Shown here in pieces: positions 1 to 9,367 of a DNA stretch of 64,000 nt. Position 1 is the stretch's first letter; the number at the start of each line of letters is the position of its first letter. This DNA is from Aulosira sp. ZfuVER01 (GTDB taxonomy: Bacteria > Cyanobacteriota > Cyanobacteriia > Cyanobacteriales > Nostocaceae), in NCBI GenBank assembly GCA_034530615.2, contig JAVRCV020000053.1, positions 32,001 through 96,000 of the forward strand, read 5' to 3'. Made by a program: the position numbers and the translations under genes. Under the pieces are notes generated by a model, which made no database searches, had not been told where the DNA came from, and saw only the letters and a list, made by a program, of their open reading frames with translations.

Positions 1-5
1 ATATT

Positions 6-812
6 TTAGCCCCTGGCACCTGTGATATATGCAGCCGTTAGAGGATGTTGGGGAGATTCAAAAATTTGGGCTACTGTTCCCGACTCAATTAGTTGACCAA
101 CACCATCCTGAACCCAAAACAAGGCTACCCGATCGGCAATTCGCTTGGCTTGTGCAAGGTTATGGGTGACAATCAGCAAAGTATAACGCCCCCGCAAGCT
201 AGTAATTAAATCTTCAACTACACCACTAGAAATTGGATCAAGGGCACTACAAGGTTCATCTAATAGTAAAACTTCTGGTTGCAAACCTAAAGCTCTGGCT
301 ATACACAAACGCTGTTGTTGTCCGCCGGAAAGAGCTAAAGCAGAAGTCTGCAATCGGTCTTTGACTTCATCCCACAATCCTACATCGGTGAGGGTTGTCT
401 CGACGATCGCATCTATTTGTTCGCGGTTTTTGATCCCATGTTCTCGCAAAGGTAATTCTAGATTCTTCCAAATAGATAAAGGAAAGGGATTCGGCTTTTG
501 GAAGATCATGCCAACTTTGCGCCGCAGTGCGATCGCATCTATCTTGGTATTGAGTACATCTAAAGTACCTATTTGAATTCGCCCCTTTACCCGACACTGA
601 GGAATTAAATCAGTTAAGCGATTGAGACAACTGAGAAAACTGGTTTTCCCACAACCTGAAGGGCCAACTAAAGCGGCGATTTCCCCTGCATTGATGCTGA
701 GATTGACGTTTTCAAAGGCCGTTTTTTGCCCGTATTGTAAGGTCAAGTTCTCTGTTTGAATCAATGGTTGAACAGTTTCAGTAGCAGTGGGATAGAATTC
801 TGGCTGTGTCAT
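6..812 (-). CDS. pstB: Phosphate ABC transporter ATP-binding protein
   Basis: Walker [44 protein letters not shown]; last gene of a pstSCAB operon. Confidence 0.93.
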   Translation of the reverse strand: MTQPEFYPTATETVQPLIQTENLTLQYGQKTAFENVNLSINAGEIAALVGPSGCGKTSFLSCLNRLTDLIPQCRVKGRIQIGTLDVLNTKIDAIALRRKVGMIFQKPNPFPLSIWKNLELPLREHGIKNREQIDAIVETTLTDVGLWDEVKDRLQTSALALSGGQQQRLCIARALGLQPEVLLLDEPCSALDPISSGVVEDLITSLRGRYTLLIVTHNLAQAKRIADRVALFWVQDGVGQLIESGTVAQIFESPQHPLTAAYITGARG

Positions 813-1696
813 CAGTTAATAATTCTCCTGTGCAACCAAGTTTCGGCAATCCATGCGGCTGTGCCATTAATTAACAGCAGCAATAAAAGTAAAATCAATG
901 CTGAAGCGTAAGCATTACCATCGCCACCAGAGACATTCATCGATAAATCAAAAATATGAATCGAAAGCGCACGTCCAGAATCTAGCAATGATTCTGGCAT
1001 TCTATCTACATAGCCACTGGTAAAAATTAAAGCAGCAGTTTCTGCGATCGCTCTCCCTATCCCCAAAACCAAACCCACAATTAAGCCAGGTACAGCAGCA
1101 GGTAATAATATTTCCCATAGCGTAGTTGTACGGGAAAACCCCAGAGACGCGGCTGCCAATCTATACTCCTGAGGAACAGCCCGAAATCCTTCTTCTGTAG
1201 AGCGAATCAAGATTGGTAACACCATGCACGCCAATGTTAATCCTCCCGACAGAATAGAAAATCCCAATCCCAGAATTTTGCAAAAGAAAACGTTACCAAA
1301 CAACCCAAAGACTATGGATGGGACACCAGCCAAAACATCTAAACTGCGCCGCACTAATCCGCCAAACATACTATCAATTGGGGTAAATTCTGCCAGCAAT
1401 ACGGCTGTACCCACACCAATGGGGATGGAAACTACCATACACACCACCATAATCATCAGAGTAGAAACCAAAATCGGCGCAATTCCCCCTTCTCTGCCAG
1501 CGTTTACAGGTTCCGTAGTGATAAACTGCCAAGACAAGTGGCTGATACCATGCCAGAAAATATCATTAAGTATCCACAAAAATATGGCAGTTACCAGCAC
1601 AGCAGTCAGCCAAACAATAGTTGTTGGTAGCCAATCTTGAGGAAGTCTGCGATTTGGGCATTGGTCATTGGGCATTGGGCATTGATTATTTGTCAT
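812..1696 (-). CDS. pstA: Phosphate ABC transporter permease PstA
   Basis: LAGVPSIVFGLFG and RAIAETA motifs, multiple TM segments; extreme N-terminus encoded by STRR repeats, so start uncertain. Confidence 0.9.
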   Translation of the reverse strand: MTNNQCPMPNDQCPNRRLPQDWLPTTIVWLTAVLVTAIFLWILNDIFWHGISHLSWQFITTEPVNAGREGGIAPILVSTLMIMVVCMVVSIPIGVGTAVLLAEFTPIDSMFGGLVRRSLDVLAGVPSIVFGLFGNVFFCKILGLGFSILSGGLTLACMVLPILIRSTEEGFRAVPQEYRLAAASLGFSRTTTLWEILLPAAVPGLIVGLVLGIGRAIAETAALIFTSGYVDRMPESLLDSGRALSIHIFDLSMNVSGGDGNAYASALILLLLLLLINGTAAWIAETWLHRRIIN

Positions 1697-1770
1697 TGGT
1701 CATTGGTCATTTGTTCTTCTTCCCTTCATCTCCTCCTTGTCTCCCCACACTTCCCACACTCCCTTCCCTT
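1652..1770. repeat. STRR-type heptamer array (TTGGTCA/TGGGCAT) plus CCCACACT-type repeats
   Basis: Tandem ttggtca/tgggcat units followed by ccccacact units. Confidence 0.85.
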
Positions 1771-2651
1771 CACCCATAAATCTTTCCCTGACTGATAACT
1801 TCAGCAACAGCAACCAACAATACAATCAGCCCCATCAAAACTAAACCGCTAACAAAGAGTGCAGAACGGTGATCTCCTGTGGCATAAGCCATTTCCAAAG
1901 CAATGTTAGCTGTGAGGGTACGAATCGGGTCAAACAGAGTTTGAGGAATTTGTACAACATTGCCACACACCATCAAAATTGCCATTGTTTCGCCAATCGC
2001 ACGCCCTGTTTCTAAAATCATTCCTGTGAATAATCCCGATTTGGCAGCCGGAAATACTACTTTACTGATAGTTGCCCAACGAGATAATCCTAAGGCTGCG
2101 GCTCCCTGATGGTAAGATAACGGGACTTTCGCCAGACTTGCATCGGCTACCAGCGCGATTGTCGGCAAAATCATGATTGTGAGAATAGCAATCCCAGCTA
2201 ATAGGCTTGGCCCTGGTGGATGCAGTTTCCCAATTAGAGGAACTAATACCACTAATCCCCAAAAGCCATAAACAACAGAAGGAATACCTGCTAATAATTC
2301 AATTAGACGGCGGTAGATTTTAGCTAATGTAGGTGGGGCGTAGAATTGGCAAAAGACTGCGGAGAGAATGCCGATAGGAGTAGCAATTAGCACTGAACCG
2401 AACATTGCTAGCAGCGTACCCCACAACATCGGTATTAGGTTATAAAATCCGGCGGTTGGGTTCCACGAGGAGTCGCTAAAAAAGCGAGTGAATCCAACGT
2501 GTTGAAGCACTGGTAGAGATTCTACTATCAAAAAGAAAATAATTAAAAGTGCGATCGCACCTGCCATCGCTGCTAATACCCGCAGTATCCAAATTAACCA
2601 CGAGTCACTATTTCGAGACGAGGACAAAGTTTTGCTGTTTAACAATGTCAC
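1770..2651 (-). CDS. pstC: Phosphate ABC transporter permease PstC
   Basis: IELLAGIPSVVYGFWG, GRAIGETMA, TLTANIA motifs. Confidence 0.92.
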   Translation of the reverse strand: MTLLNSKTLSSSRNSDSWLIWILRVLAAMAGAIALLIIFFLIVESLPVLQHVGFTRFFSDSSWNPTAGFYNLIPMLWGTLLAMFGSVLIATPIGILSAVFCQFYAPPTLAKIYRRLIELLAGIPSVVYGFWGLVVLVPLIGKLHPPGPSLLAGIAILTIMILPTIALVADASLAKVPLSYHQGAAALGLSRWATISKVVFPAAKSGLFTGMILETGRAIGETMAILMVCGNVVQIPQTLFDPIRTLTANIALEMAYATGDHRSALFVSGLVLMGLIVLLVAVAEVISQGKIYG

Positions 2652-3462
2652 TTACCTGCTGTGATTGTGCGTAGTCAATGAATTCTTTTGCTAGTCCTTG
2701 GGGTTGGGTTTTCGTTACCAAGTTCAACGGACGAGCAATGGGAAAGGTATTATTCTGCACGTTGGCAGTTGTTGCAGTTATACCGTTCACTGGTAGCAGC
2801 TTAATAGGTACTTTATTTGCCTCGCTATTTTCTGCTGAACCAATAGAAACATAACCAATAGCGTTGGGATTTCCGGCTACAGTCTTGATTCCTTGCTCGT
2901 TATCACCAATGACCACTTGTGCTTTAATAGCAGTGTTTTTCAGCTTGAAGTAGTGGGTAAACAATTCCAAAGTGGAACGCCCTTCTGCTTTATTCACAAC
3001 GGTAATAGTTCCTGATTTACCTCCCACCTGCTGCCAGTTGGTGACTTTGCCAGTATAGATTTCTACAACCTGCTTGTCAGTTAGAGATTTCACGGGATTA
3101 TCTTTATGCAGAATCACCGTCACTCCATCACGGGCAATTGTGAATGCCTTTAAATCTTTTTCGTCCGGCTTCAAGGCGCGAGAAACCATGCCAACATCTG
3201 CCACTCCTTGACGAGAATCAGTAATACCACGGGAAGAACCTCCCGATTGTACATCAATTCGCACACCTGGATGACTAGATTCAAAGCGTTTACCAATTTC
3301 TGCTGCTAATGGCGCAACAGTACTTGAGCCAGTGAGTACTAGTTTGCCTTGAGGTTTACCTGCATTGTTATTTGTACTTTGCTGAGGTGAAGAACAAGCT
3401 TGCAAACATAAGCAACTTGCCAATCCTACAGCAACACTAACGATAATTCCTGAACTTTTCAC
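2608..3462 (-). CDS. pstS: Phosphate ABC transporter substrate-binding lipoprotein
   Basis: Lipobox-like LQAC, TGSSTVAP, SGGSSRG, FPIARPL; GTG start after GAGG. Confidence 0.88.
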   Translation of the reverse strand: MKSSGIIVSVAVGLASCLCLQACSSPQQSTNNNAGKPQGKLVLTGSSTVAPLAAEIGKRFESSHPGVRIDVQSGGSSRGITDSRQGVADVGMVSRALKPDEKDLKAFTIARDGVTVILHKDNPVKSLTDKQVVEIYTGKVTNWQQVGGKSGTITVVNKAEGRSTLELFTHYFKLKNTAIKAQVVIGDNEQGIKTVAGNPNAIGYVSIGSAENSEANKVPIKLLPVNGITATTANVQNNTFPIARPLNLVTKTQPQGLAKEFIDYAQSQQVSDIVKQQNFVLVSK

Positions 3463-3490
3463 TAACTACCTCGATTTCCATCATAAACTT

Positions 3491-3784
3491 TTAATTAAAG
3501 GAGAGGACACAACAGCCGAGGTTCAACGCACTAGCTGTAGTGACTTCCACTTCCGGGGCTAGGCGGTAGAGAAATGCTTTACCATTGCGTTCCCGAACTA
3601 CAAATTTTGCCTGACGCAGAACTTGCAAATGATGGGAAAGCAGACTTTGTTCTAAACCGAGAATCTTGTTCATTTCCCCTACCTGCATGGGACTCTGCAT
3701 GAGAATTTTTAATACGGCCAGACGAGTTTCATCTGCCAATACTTTCAGCCTGTCTACGCAGTCAAACTCCTGTATTTTGCTCAT
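3491..3784 (-). CDS. ArsR/SmtB family transcriptional regulator
   Basis: LKVLADETRLAVL...QSLLSHHLQVLRQA winged HTH; C-terminal GCC; ATG at 3784 preferred over TTG at 3796. Confidence 0.88.
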   Translation of the reverse strand: MSKIQEFDCVDRLKVLADETRLAVLKILMQSPMQVGEMNKILGLEQSLLSHHLQVLRQAKFVVRERNGKAFLYRLAPEVEVTTASALNLGCCVLSFN

Positions 3785-3850
3785 GATTCTTCTCAATGCT
3801 GTGTAAGCGATCGCGTTGAAGATTTATCTGTGCAGGTATTAATTATCATT

Positions 3851-3870
3851 CATATGAAATTTCATTCATC
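3851..3870. promoter_or_regulatory. Putative ArsR/SmtB operator (TGAA-N6-TTCA)
   Basis: catatgaaatttcattcatc about 70 bp upstream of the ArsR gene; same core geometry as the SmtB operator. Confidence 0.6.
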
Positions 3871-3906
3871 AATTAAGTGTCACAATCATTACACTTATTG
3901 AATTTG

Positions 3907-3936
3907 CTTAAACTGTTTGTAACCAAAGCTTAATGT
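3907..3936 (+). promoter_or_regulatory. Pho-box-like triple repeat
   Basis: CTTAAACT-gtt-TGTAACCA-aag-CTTAATGT, 11-bp period, resembles cyanobacterial CTTAACCT-N3. Confidence 0.5.
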
Positions 3937-4127
3937 TTATCTGTATAGGGGGTAAACTGAGTACCCTGAATTTGCTCTATGGAAGATTTCGCCATCTTCT
4001 CTTCCTCTTCTCTGCTGCTGAGGATGCGTTCCCAATTTTTTGTCACGATAAAAGTTAACTTTTAGACTAGTTGAAGTTATCGTGGTATCGAATACTTCAA
4101 AAGTACCCGTTGCTGCAAACTAGTAAT

Positions 4128-5273
4128 ATGAGGCTATGTCACTCCTCAGTCCCTATCTTGACTTGTTTTATCTGCCTGGGTTTGTACCAGAGTCCTGTGA
4201 AATCAGCGATACCTGATTTAAACCCGAAATTTCTCATCTTGGCACAAGCCGGTACTACTAAAATTGTCCAGCCAACTACTCTCAGAGTAGGTAGTACAGG
4301 ATCAGATGTACAAACTCTACAAACCCAATTAAAACAGTTGGGATATTACAATGGTGTAGTTGATGGGCAGTACAAAGAAACTACGCAAATCGCTGTAGCT
4401 CAATTTCAAAAAGCTCAAGGTTTACTAGCAGATGGTATTGTTGGCACCACGACGCAAGAAAGTCTGCAAGCAGCCATTGCTGCGAAAAAAACATTTACCA
4501 CCTCTGCTGTACCCACTGCCAAACCGAGTACAAGAACCAAGTCAACCAAACAGAGTATCCTTTGGTGGTCACTATTGGGATTGGGGATTTTAGGAAGTAT
4601 TGGCGCAGTCATTTACTGTATTAGATGGTTTGGTCAGGTCAAGCGATCGCAATATTTAGAATATTTAGATAGTGACATTAAGACTGAAGCCGACGAAGAC
4701 ACAATCACACCACCATTACCAGAGTCGAACGCCAGCCCAGATGCGACCAATTCCCTACCAACTACAGCATCTGTTGCTCCAAAATTGTTGTCGCCAGAAA
4801 AAACTTCCCGTCTGGCCAAAGTCAATATAGTTGACGAATTGATGACAGACTTATATAGTTCCGATCCTGCGAAACGACACAAGGCGATTTGGGATTTAGG
4901 TCAGCAAGGAGATTCACGGGCAATTCAGCCCTTAGTAGACTTAATGATGAATGCAGATTCTCAAGAACACAGCTTAATTTTGGCAGCTTTAGGCGAAATC
5001 AGCATTCGCACCCTCAAACCGATGAACCGTGCTTTAGCAATCTCTATCCAAAATGAAAGCCCACAAGTGCGGCAAAATGCCATCCGTGACCTAACTCGCG
5101 TTTACGATATGATGTCCCAAATTAGCCAGATGCTACGCCATGCTTTAGAAGATCCAGATCCAGAAGTGCAGTCAACAGCAAGGTATGCTCTGAATCAGAT
5201 TCATCGCATCCGTGTCGTAGCAGAGCAAGAGAGTCTGCCAGAACATCAGCCCAAAAAGGAGCAGGGGGAGTAG
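4128..5273 (+). CDS. Peptidoglycan-binding domain, TM and HEAT-repeat protein
   Basis: PG_binding_1-like LRVGSTGSDVQTLQTQLKQLGYY...FQKAQGLLADGIVG; TM near WWSLLGLGILG; C-terminal HEAT-like repeats. Confidence 0.8.
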   Translation: MRLCHSSVPILTCFICLGLYQSPVKSAIPDLNPKFLILAQAGTTKIVQPTTLRVGSTGSDVQTLQTQLKQLGYYNGVVDGQYKETTQIAVAQFQKAQGLLADGIVGTTTQESLQAAIAAKKTFTTSAVPTAKPSTRTKSTKQSILWWSLLGLGILGSIGAVIYCIRWFGQVKRSQYLEYLDSDIKTEADEDTITPPLPESNASPDATNSLPTTASVAPKLLSPEKTSRLAKVNIVDELMTDLYSSDPAKRHKAIWDLGQQGDSRAIQPLVDLMMNADSQEHSLILAALGEISIRTLKPMNRALAISIQNESPQVRQNAIRDLTRVYDMMSQISQMLRHALEDPDPEVQSTARYALNQIHRIRVVAEQESLPEHQPKKEQGE

Positions 5274-5350
5274 GGGGCAATGGGGAAGTAGGTGGACAAG
5301 GGAGACAAGGGAGACAAGGGAGAAATAACCAATGCCCCATGCCCAATGAC

Positions 5351-5806
5351 TCAAAAATATTTCAAATTTATTTGGATGCTGGTATTTGGGCCTGCCAACA
5401 CAATTGCAGCATCGCTAAATTTGGGCGCACTAGTGCGAACTTCAGGATTTTTGGAAAACCCAAAGCCTTCGGTGGGCATACCCAAACTATTGCGATTTAG
5501 TTTTAAGTCTCCATTTGCATCGTGCATGACAGCAACGGCATAACTACCTGCTGGCAAATTTTCAAAGGTGAGCTTTACAGGAATGTCAGTTATCTTGGTA
5601 CACTGCTTTTGGATTACGCGATCGCGATCGTTGGGAAAACCTTGACTCTTGGCAAAAATGCTAGCGCAGACTTGCCCTTGTTTATTTTTAAATCCATCAA
5701 TTTCTACGGTAAGATTGCCGTTGAAATTTGCCTTGGCACTGGAGAACCATGCCAAATTTCCTAGGGATGCTAGCAGTAGTAGACTAACTCTCATTCTTTG
5801 GCGCAT
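5351..5806 (-). CDS. DUF2141 family secreted protein
   Basis: Signal peptide; LPAGSYAVAVMHDANGD...GMPTEGFGFSKNP motif. Confidence 0.8.
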   Translation of the reverse strand: MRQRMRVSLLLLASLGNLAWFSSAKANFNGNLTVEIDGFKNKQGQVCASIFAKSQGFPNDRDRVIQKQCTKITDIPVKLTFENLPAGSYAVAVMHDANGDLKLNRNSLGMPTEGFGFSKNPEVRTSAPKFSDAAIVLAGPNTSIQINLKYF

Positions 5807-5905
5807 AAAATTTTTATTGAATCAAAAAAATAAACAAAAGCTCAATCCTTACATTACATTGTTAGCACTATATAGGCAGTAATTTTTAGTACTAGTAAAT
5901 AATTT

Positions 5906-6814
5906 ATGCCATCTAAAATCTTACCCCCACCTCTCAAGCCTGGTGATTTACTGCGAGTAATTGCCCCTAGTGGTGCTTTGCGAGAATTTGAGACTTTCTA
6001 CCAGAGTATAGAAATTTGGCGATCGCGTGGTTATCAAGTAGAAGTTCCGCCCACTATCGATGATAAATGGGGATATCTAGCTGGAAAAGATGAAAATCGT
6101 CGCCAGCAGCTGGCAGATGCATGGGAAGATCCCGATTGTCGGGGTATCCTCTGTGCTAGAGGCGGTTTCGGTAGTACCCGCATTCTTGAAGATTGGCATT
6201 GGCAAACCGAATTATCCCAAACAGATAATTCCAAATGGCTCATAGGTTTTTCTGATATCACTGCTCTGTTGTGGAGCCTTTACAATGTGGGAATTTCTAG
6301 CGTTCACGGCCCTGTGTTAACTACACTTGCCAATGAGCCAAATTGGTCACGCGAGCGATTATTTAATTGGGTCGAAGGTCATTCTCTTGAGCCGCTGAAA
6401 GGTAATGGTTGGGGTGGCGGTGTAGCTACAGGAATTTTATTACCAGGCAATCTTACAGTGGCAACTCATCTTTTAGGTACACCTTTTAAACCAGATTTTG
6501 CTGGGGTAATTTTGGCATTTGAAGATGTATCAGAAGCACCGTACCGCATCGACAGAATGCTCACCCAGTGGCGCTTAAGTGGTGATTTGTCCAAAGTCCG
6601 GGGAATTGCTTTAGGGGGTTTTACTGGATGCGAAGCACCAGCAAATGTCCCTAGTTTTAGGGTAGAAGAAGTTTTGCGCGATCGCTTAGGTGATTTGGGT
6701 ATTCCCGTGGTTGCTGAACTTCCTTTTGGTCACGATAGTTGCAATGCAGCTTTACCAGTAGGTGTGGAAGTCACTTTAGATGCAGAGCAGGGAATATTGC
6801 AGATTGCAAAATGA
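5906..6814 (+). CDS. LD-carboxypeptidase (peptidase S66)
   Basis: ARGGFG, IGFSDIT (Ser), FEDVSE (Glu), PFGH (His). Confidence 0.9.
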   Translation: MPSKILPPPLKPGDLLRVIAPSGALREFETFYQSIEIWRSRGYQVEVPPTIDDKWGYLAGKDENRRQQLADAWEDPDCRGILCARGGFGSTRILEDWHWQTELSQTDNSKWLIGFSDITALLWSLYNVGISSVHGPVLTTLANEPNWSRERLFNWVEGHSLEPLKGNGWGGGVATGILLPGNLTVATHLLGTPFKPDFAGVILAFEDVSEAPYRIDRMLTQWRLSGDLSKVRGIALGGFTGCEAPANVPSFRVEEVLRDRLGDLGIPVVAELPFGHDSCNAALPVGVEVTLDAEQGILQIAK

Positions 6815-6930
6815 AACCCTTGGGGAACGTGAATTACGGCAGACAAATGGCAAACAGCAGTACTAGAAACATTAAGCAGAGAGATTTCCTTGATTCGCGG
6901 TAAATACTTATTCTATGGCTATGAGTATTT

Positions 6931-7040
6931 ATACCAATTATTCAAAATTCAGCAACAAATACAAACTCCAAAACCCTTGTAGTATCTGGTTGTCTTAATT
7001 TTGAATTTTGAATTTTGAATTTTGAATTTTGCATTGGTAT
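6931..7040. mobile_element. MITE-like dispersed repeat with ATACCAAT/ATTGGTAT ends and ATTTTGA tandem core
   Basis: 8-bp terminal inverted repeats enclosing (attttga)n. Confidence 0.55.
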
Positions 7041-7355
7041 TACTTTGTTCTCTACCATTTGTAATTTTCAATGCTAAGGTAATGTAAGTTGTCAGTGCTT
7101 CTACCCTCTAATGTTTCGGTTATTTGATACAAGCCAGTGGTACCTTTATCATTGGCTTTACCTAAAGATTAGCAGTAACCACTTCAATTACTCCCTTATC
7201 CCCTTTCCGTATTGTGCTGGTTAGGGGCTTTTTTCATCATAATAGCTAGATCTATATGGCAAGTTGTGGAAAAGTTAGAAGTTTTACCAAAAACCAGATG
7301 ACGTATCCAAATTTATTTAATACAATTGTACTATTAGAACGCCTTTGGTTCACCT

Positions 7356-7386
7356 TCCCCACTTCTCAATGTGGGGATTTTATTTT
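7356..7386 (+). terminator. Rho-independent terminator-like hairpin
   Basis: tccccac-N8-gtgggga followed by ttttatttt. Confidence 0.6.
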
Positions 7387-7632
7387 AAATAACCGTAAAC
7401 GAGTGATAAATATATACATAAAAGTTCTCAATAGGTAGCAACTGGGACAAGTTAAGCGTCAAAAATTAAAACCTATTGGTCTGAATGCAGAAACTAAGAG
7501 CAAAGGTGTAGTAGGTTTAGCTAGTTCATTTATTACTTTTGATAGATCAAGTAACTTTCTTTTGATAGATAAAGAATACTAGTATTGGCTACACAATAAT
7601 CTTGTGTGTAATACATCATCTTAGGGCTTGAG

Positions 7633-7664
7633 GTCACTCCAAAAACTCCTTGGAGTGACATTTT
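7633..7664. terminator. Terminator-like hairpin
   Basis: 10-bp perfect stem gtcactccaa/ttggagtgac followed by atttt. Confidence 0.6.
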
Positions 7665-7716
7665 CATTTATGATAGTTTGTTGAAATCTACTTTAGTAAA
7701 AGACTTCTTATCAAGT

Positions 7717-7911
7717 TCACTTGGCTCTCCTAGATTTAGAAATAAGATTCTGTACTATACTAACCATTATCAACAAATAACTTCCAAAAATAGCTACACT
7801 TAAAGTTATAAATGTAGGTACATTATATGCTTTGACTAAGGTTTCAAGCCAAAGTGCTGCTGCAATACTAAAAATTAGACTAGCTATAAAAGCTATGAAG
7901 TTCTTAATCAA
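7717..7911 (-). CDS. Small two-TM hypothetical protein
   Basis: TTG start after AGGA; two hydrophobic helices and a basic C-terminal tail. Confidence 0.5.
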   Translation of the reverse strand: MIKNFIAFIASLIFSIAAALWLETLVKAYNVPTFITLSVAIFGSYLLIMVSIVQNLISKSRRAK

Positions 7912-8082
7912 AGCATTTTCCTAAAAATCTTAGTTGCAGGCTTAATATACTAATAAAAGATAAAGTTAGATAACGACTGTAATCAGCGTTACTTAACAAC
8001 TTAGAAATAAATTTATTTAGATTAGTTTTATATTTTTATCTCGGCTTGCAAACAGATTGAACTATAGTAATCCGATTTGATT

Positions 8083-8251
8083 TTTGAAAAAATCTCAGAC
8101 TTTTGGGTAGTGCTTTACGCCAAGGACTAATGTACCCTAATTGACTGACACTTATGCAAACCCAGTTGTAAGGACAATTCATGAATTGCCCCTACGTGAA
8201 TAAAGCGCAACCTGACAATGCAACCTGACAATAAGTTTGGGCAAGGTGCAA
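8083..8251. repeat. Composite dispersed repeats with a REP-like GTA(A/G)GG...CCCTAC palindrome
   Basis: gtaaggacaattcatgaattgcccctac at 8168-8195; 13-bp tandem duplication gcaacctgacaat at 8207-8232. Confidence 0.55.
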
Positions 8252-8299
8252 GTGTAAAACAAGAATCCTTGTAGGAATTGTGGCGGAATGCAGGGAGTG

Positions 8300-9232
8300 T
8301 CAAGAAACGGCTGTGCGAATTACTTCACTAATAGTTTTACCAACCAATTGATTATCCCAATAGCTTCCATGTGCTTCACCACCCCACAATAATGGAACTA
8401 ATTTTTGCCTGAAAGGAAGATTAAAGATATTACCTTTTTCGCTAATGACATCTTGTATATCTACGTAGCTGGTGCTGCTATCTAAAAGCATCTGCTTTAG
8501 TCCTTCCAGTGGGTAGGCAATGGGATCGCCGGGATGAGCAAAATTACGCCAAGAAAGAGGCTTTTGTCTCAATGTATATAACTTTTCCAAAAAAATGCTG
8601 AGGTCAGGGGTGAGATCGTGGGTACTGACTCCGTTAACATTGCCGCTAATATTCAGCAGACTAAACAGTGCTAATGGTGAACCCATAGTGTGGATGCTAG
8701 CTATAGGAATTCCCGACTGAGGTTGAGGATCTATACCAAAAAGGGCATTACGGAGTTGTTTGACACTTTCACGAATATCAGCTTCCAGTATGGGGTCTTC
8801 CCAGCGACGAGCGAAGAGAATGTCAAATAAGATAACAGTACCCCAACTATGGGTAATGATATGCAGGCGATCGCCAATATTAGCACCTTTGAGTACACCC
8901 AAAGCCTGTTCTTTGAATCGTTTTACCACCTTTGTGCCAACGTGCCGACTTAAGTAAAGCGCTGCATCACCTACGAATTCAAGAATCTGCTCTGTCCGAA
9001 AATCTCTAAACCAAAAATCGTTCCACTTTGAAGATGCTTTTAATCCTGCTACTAATTCTTTTTGTTCTGCCCAGTTTACATCTCCCCAGAAAAAGAAAAT
9101 TGGCTGCACAACTCTAGACTTATCGCTGATAGAGTCCCGAATGCGATTCAGCAAGATAGTGGATAACCTCTCAAATTCCTTTTGGTCATGAACTTTGACT
9201 CCGTGAACAAAGAGAACGTAATCAGTAGGCAT
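8300..9232 (-). CDS. Alpha/beta-hydrolase-fold hypothetical protein
   Basis: FVHG, THSWG nucleophile elbow, TMGSP, HPGDPIAYPL, AHGSYW. Confidence 0.7.
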   Translation of the reverse strand: MPTDYVLFVHGVKVHDQKEFERLSTILLNRIRDSISDKSRVVQPIFFFWGDVNWAEQKELVAGLKASSKWNDFWFRDFRTEQILEFVGDAALYLSRHVGTKVVKRFKEQALGVLKGANIGDRLHIITHSWGTVILFDILFARRWEDPILEADIRESVKQLRNALFGIDPQPQSGIPIASIHTMGSPLALFSLLNISGNVNGVSTHDLTPDLSIFLEKLYTLRQKPLSWRNFAHPGDPIAYPLEGLKQMLLDSSTSYVDIQDVISEKGNIFNLPFRQKLVPLLWGGEAHGSYWDNQLVGKTISEVIRTAVS

Positions 9233-9367
9233 CTTAGTACCTCTCTAAATGACATCACATAATAGAATGCAATTTGTTAGCTAAATAATTCTGAAGCGAT
9301 CGCAAATGATCACAAAACTAACTTGAAAATGGGGCATTGAGCAATAACATTGCTTAATTGTGAATTG

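Noticed and set aside
5122..5543. Short ORFs rich in PCLP/DKG repeats (similar ones at 45182-45469 and 45951-46247)
   Set aside because: Translations of intergenic tandem repeats overlapping real genes
7256..7438. 60-aa plus-strand ORF
   Set aside because: No clear SD or recognisable motif, and it runs through a terminator-like hairpin at 7356-7386
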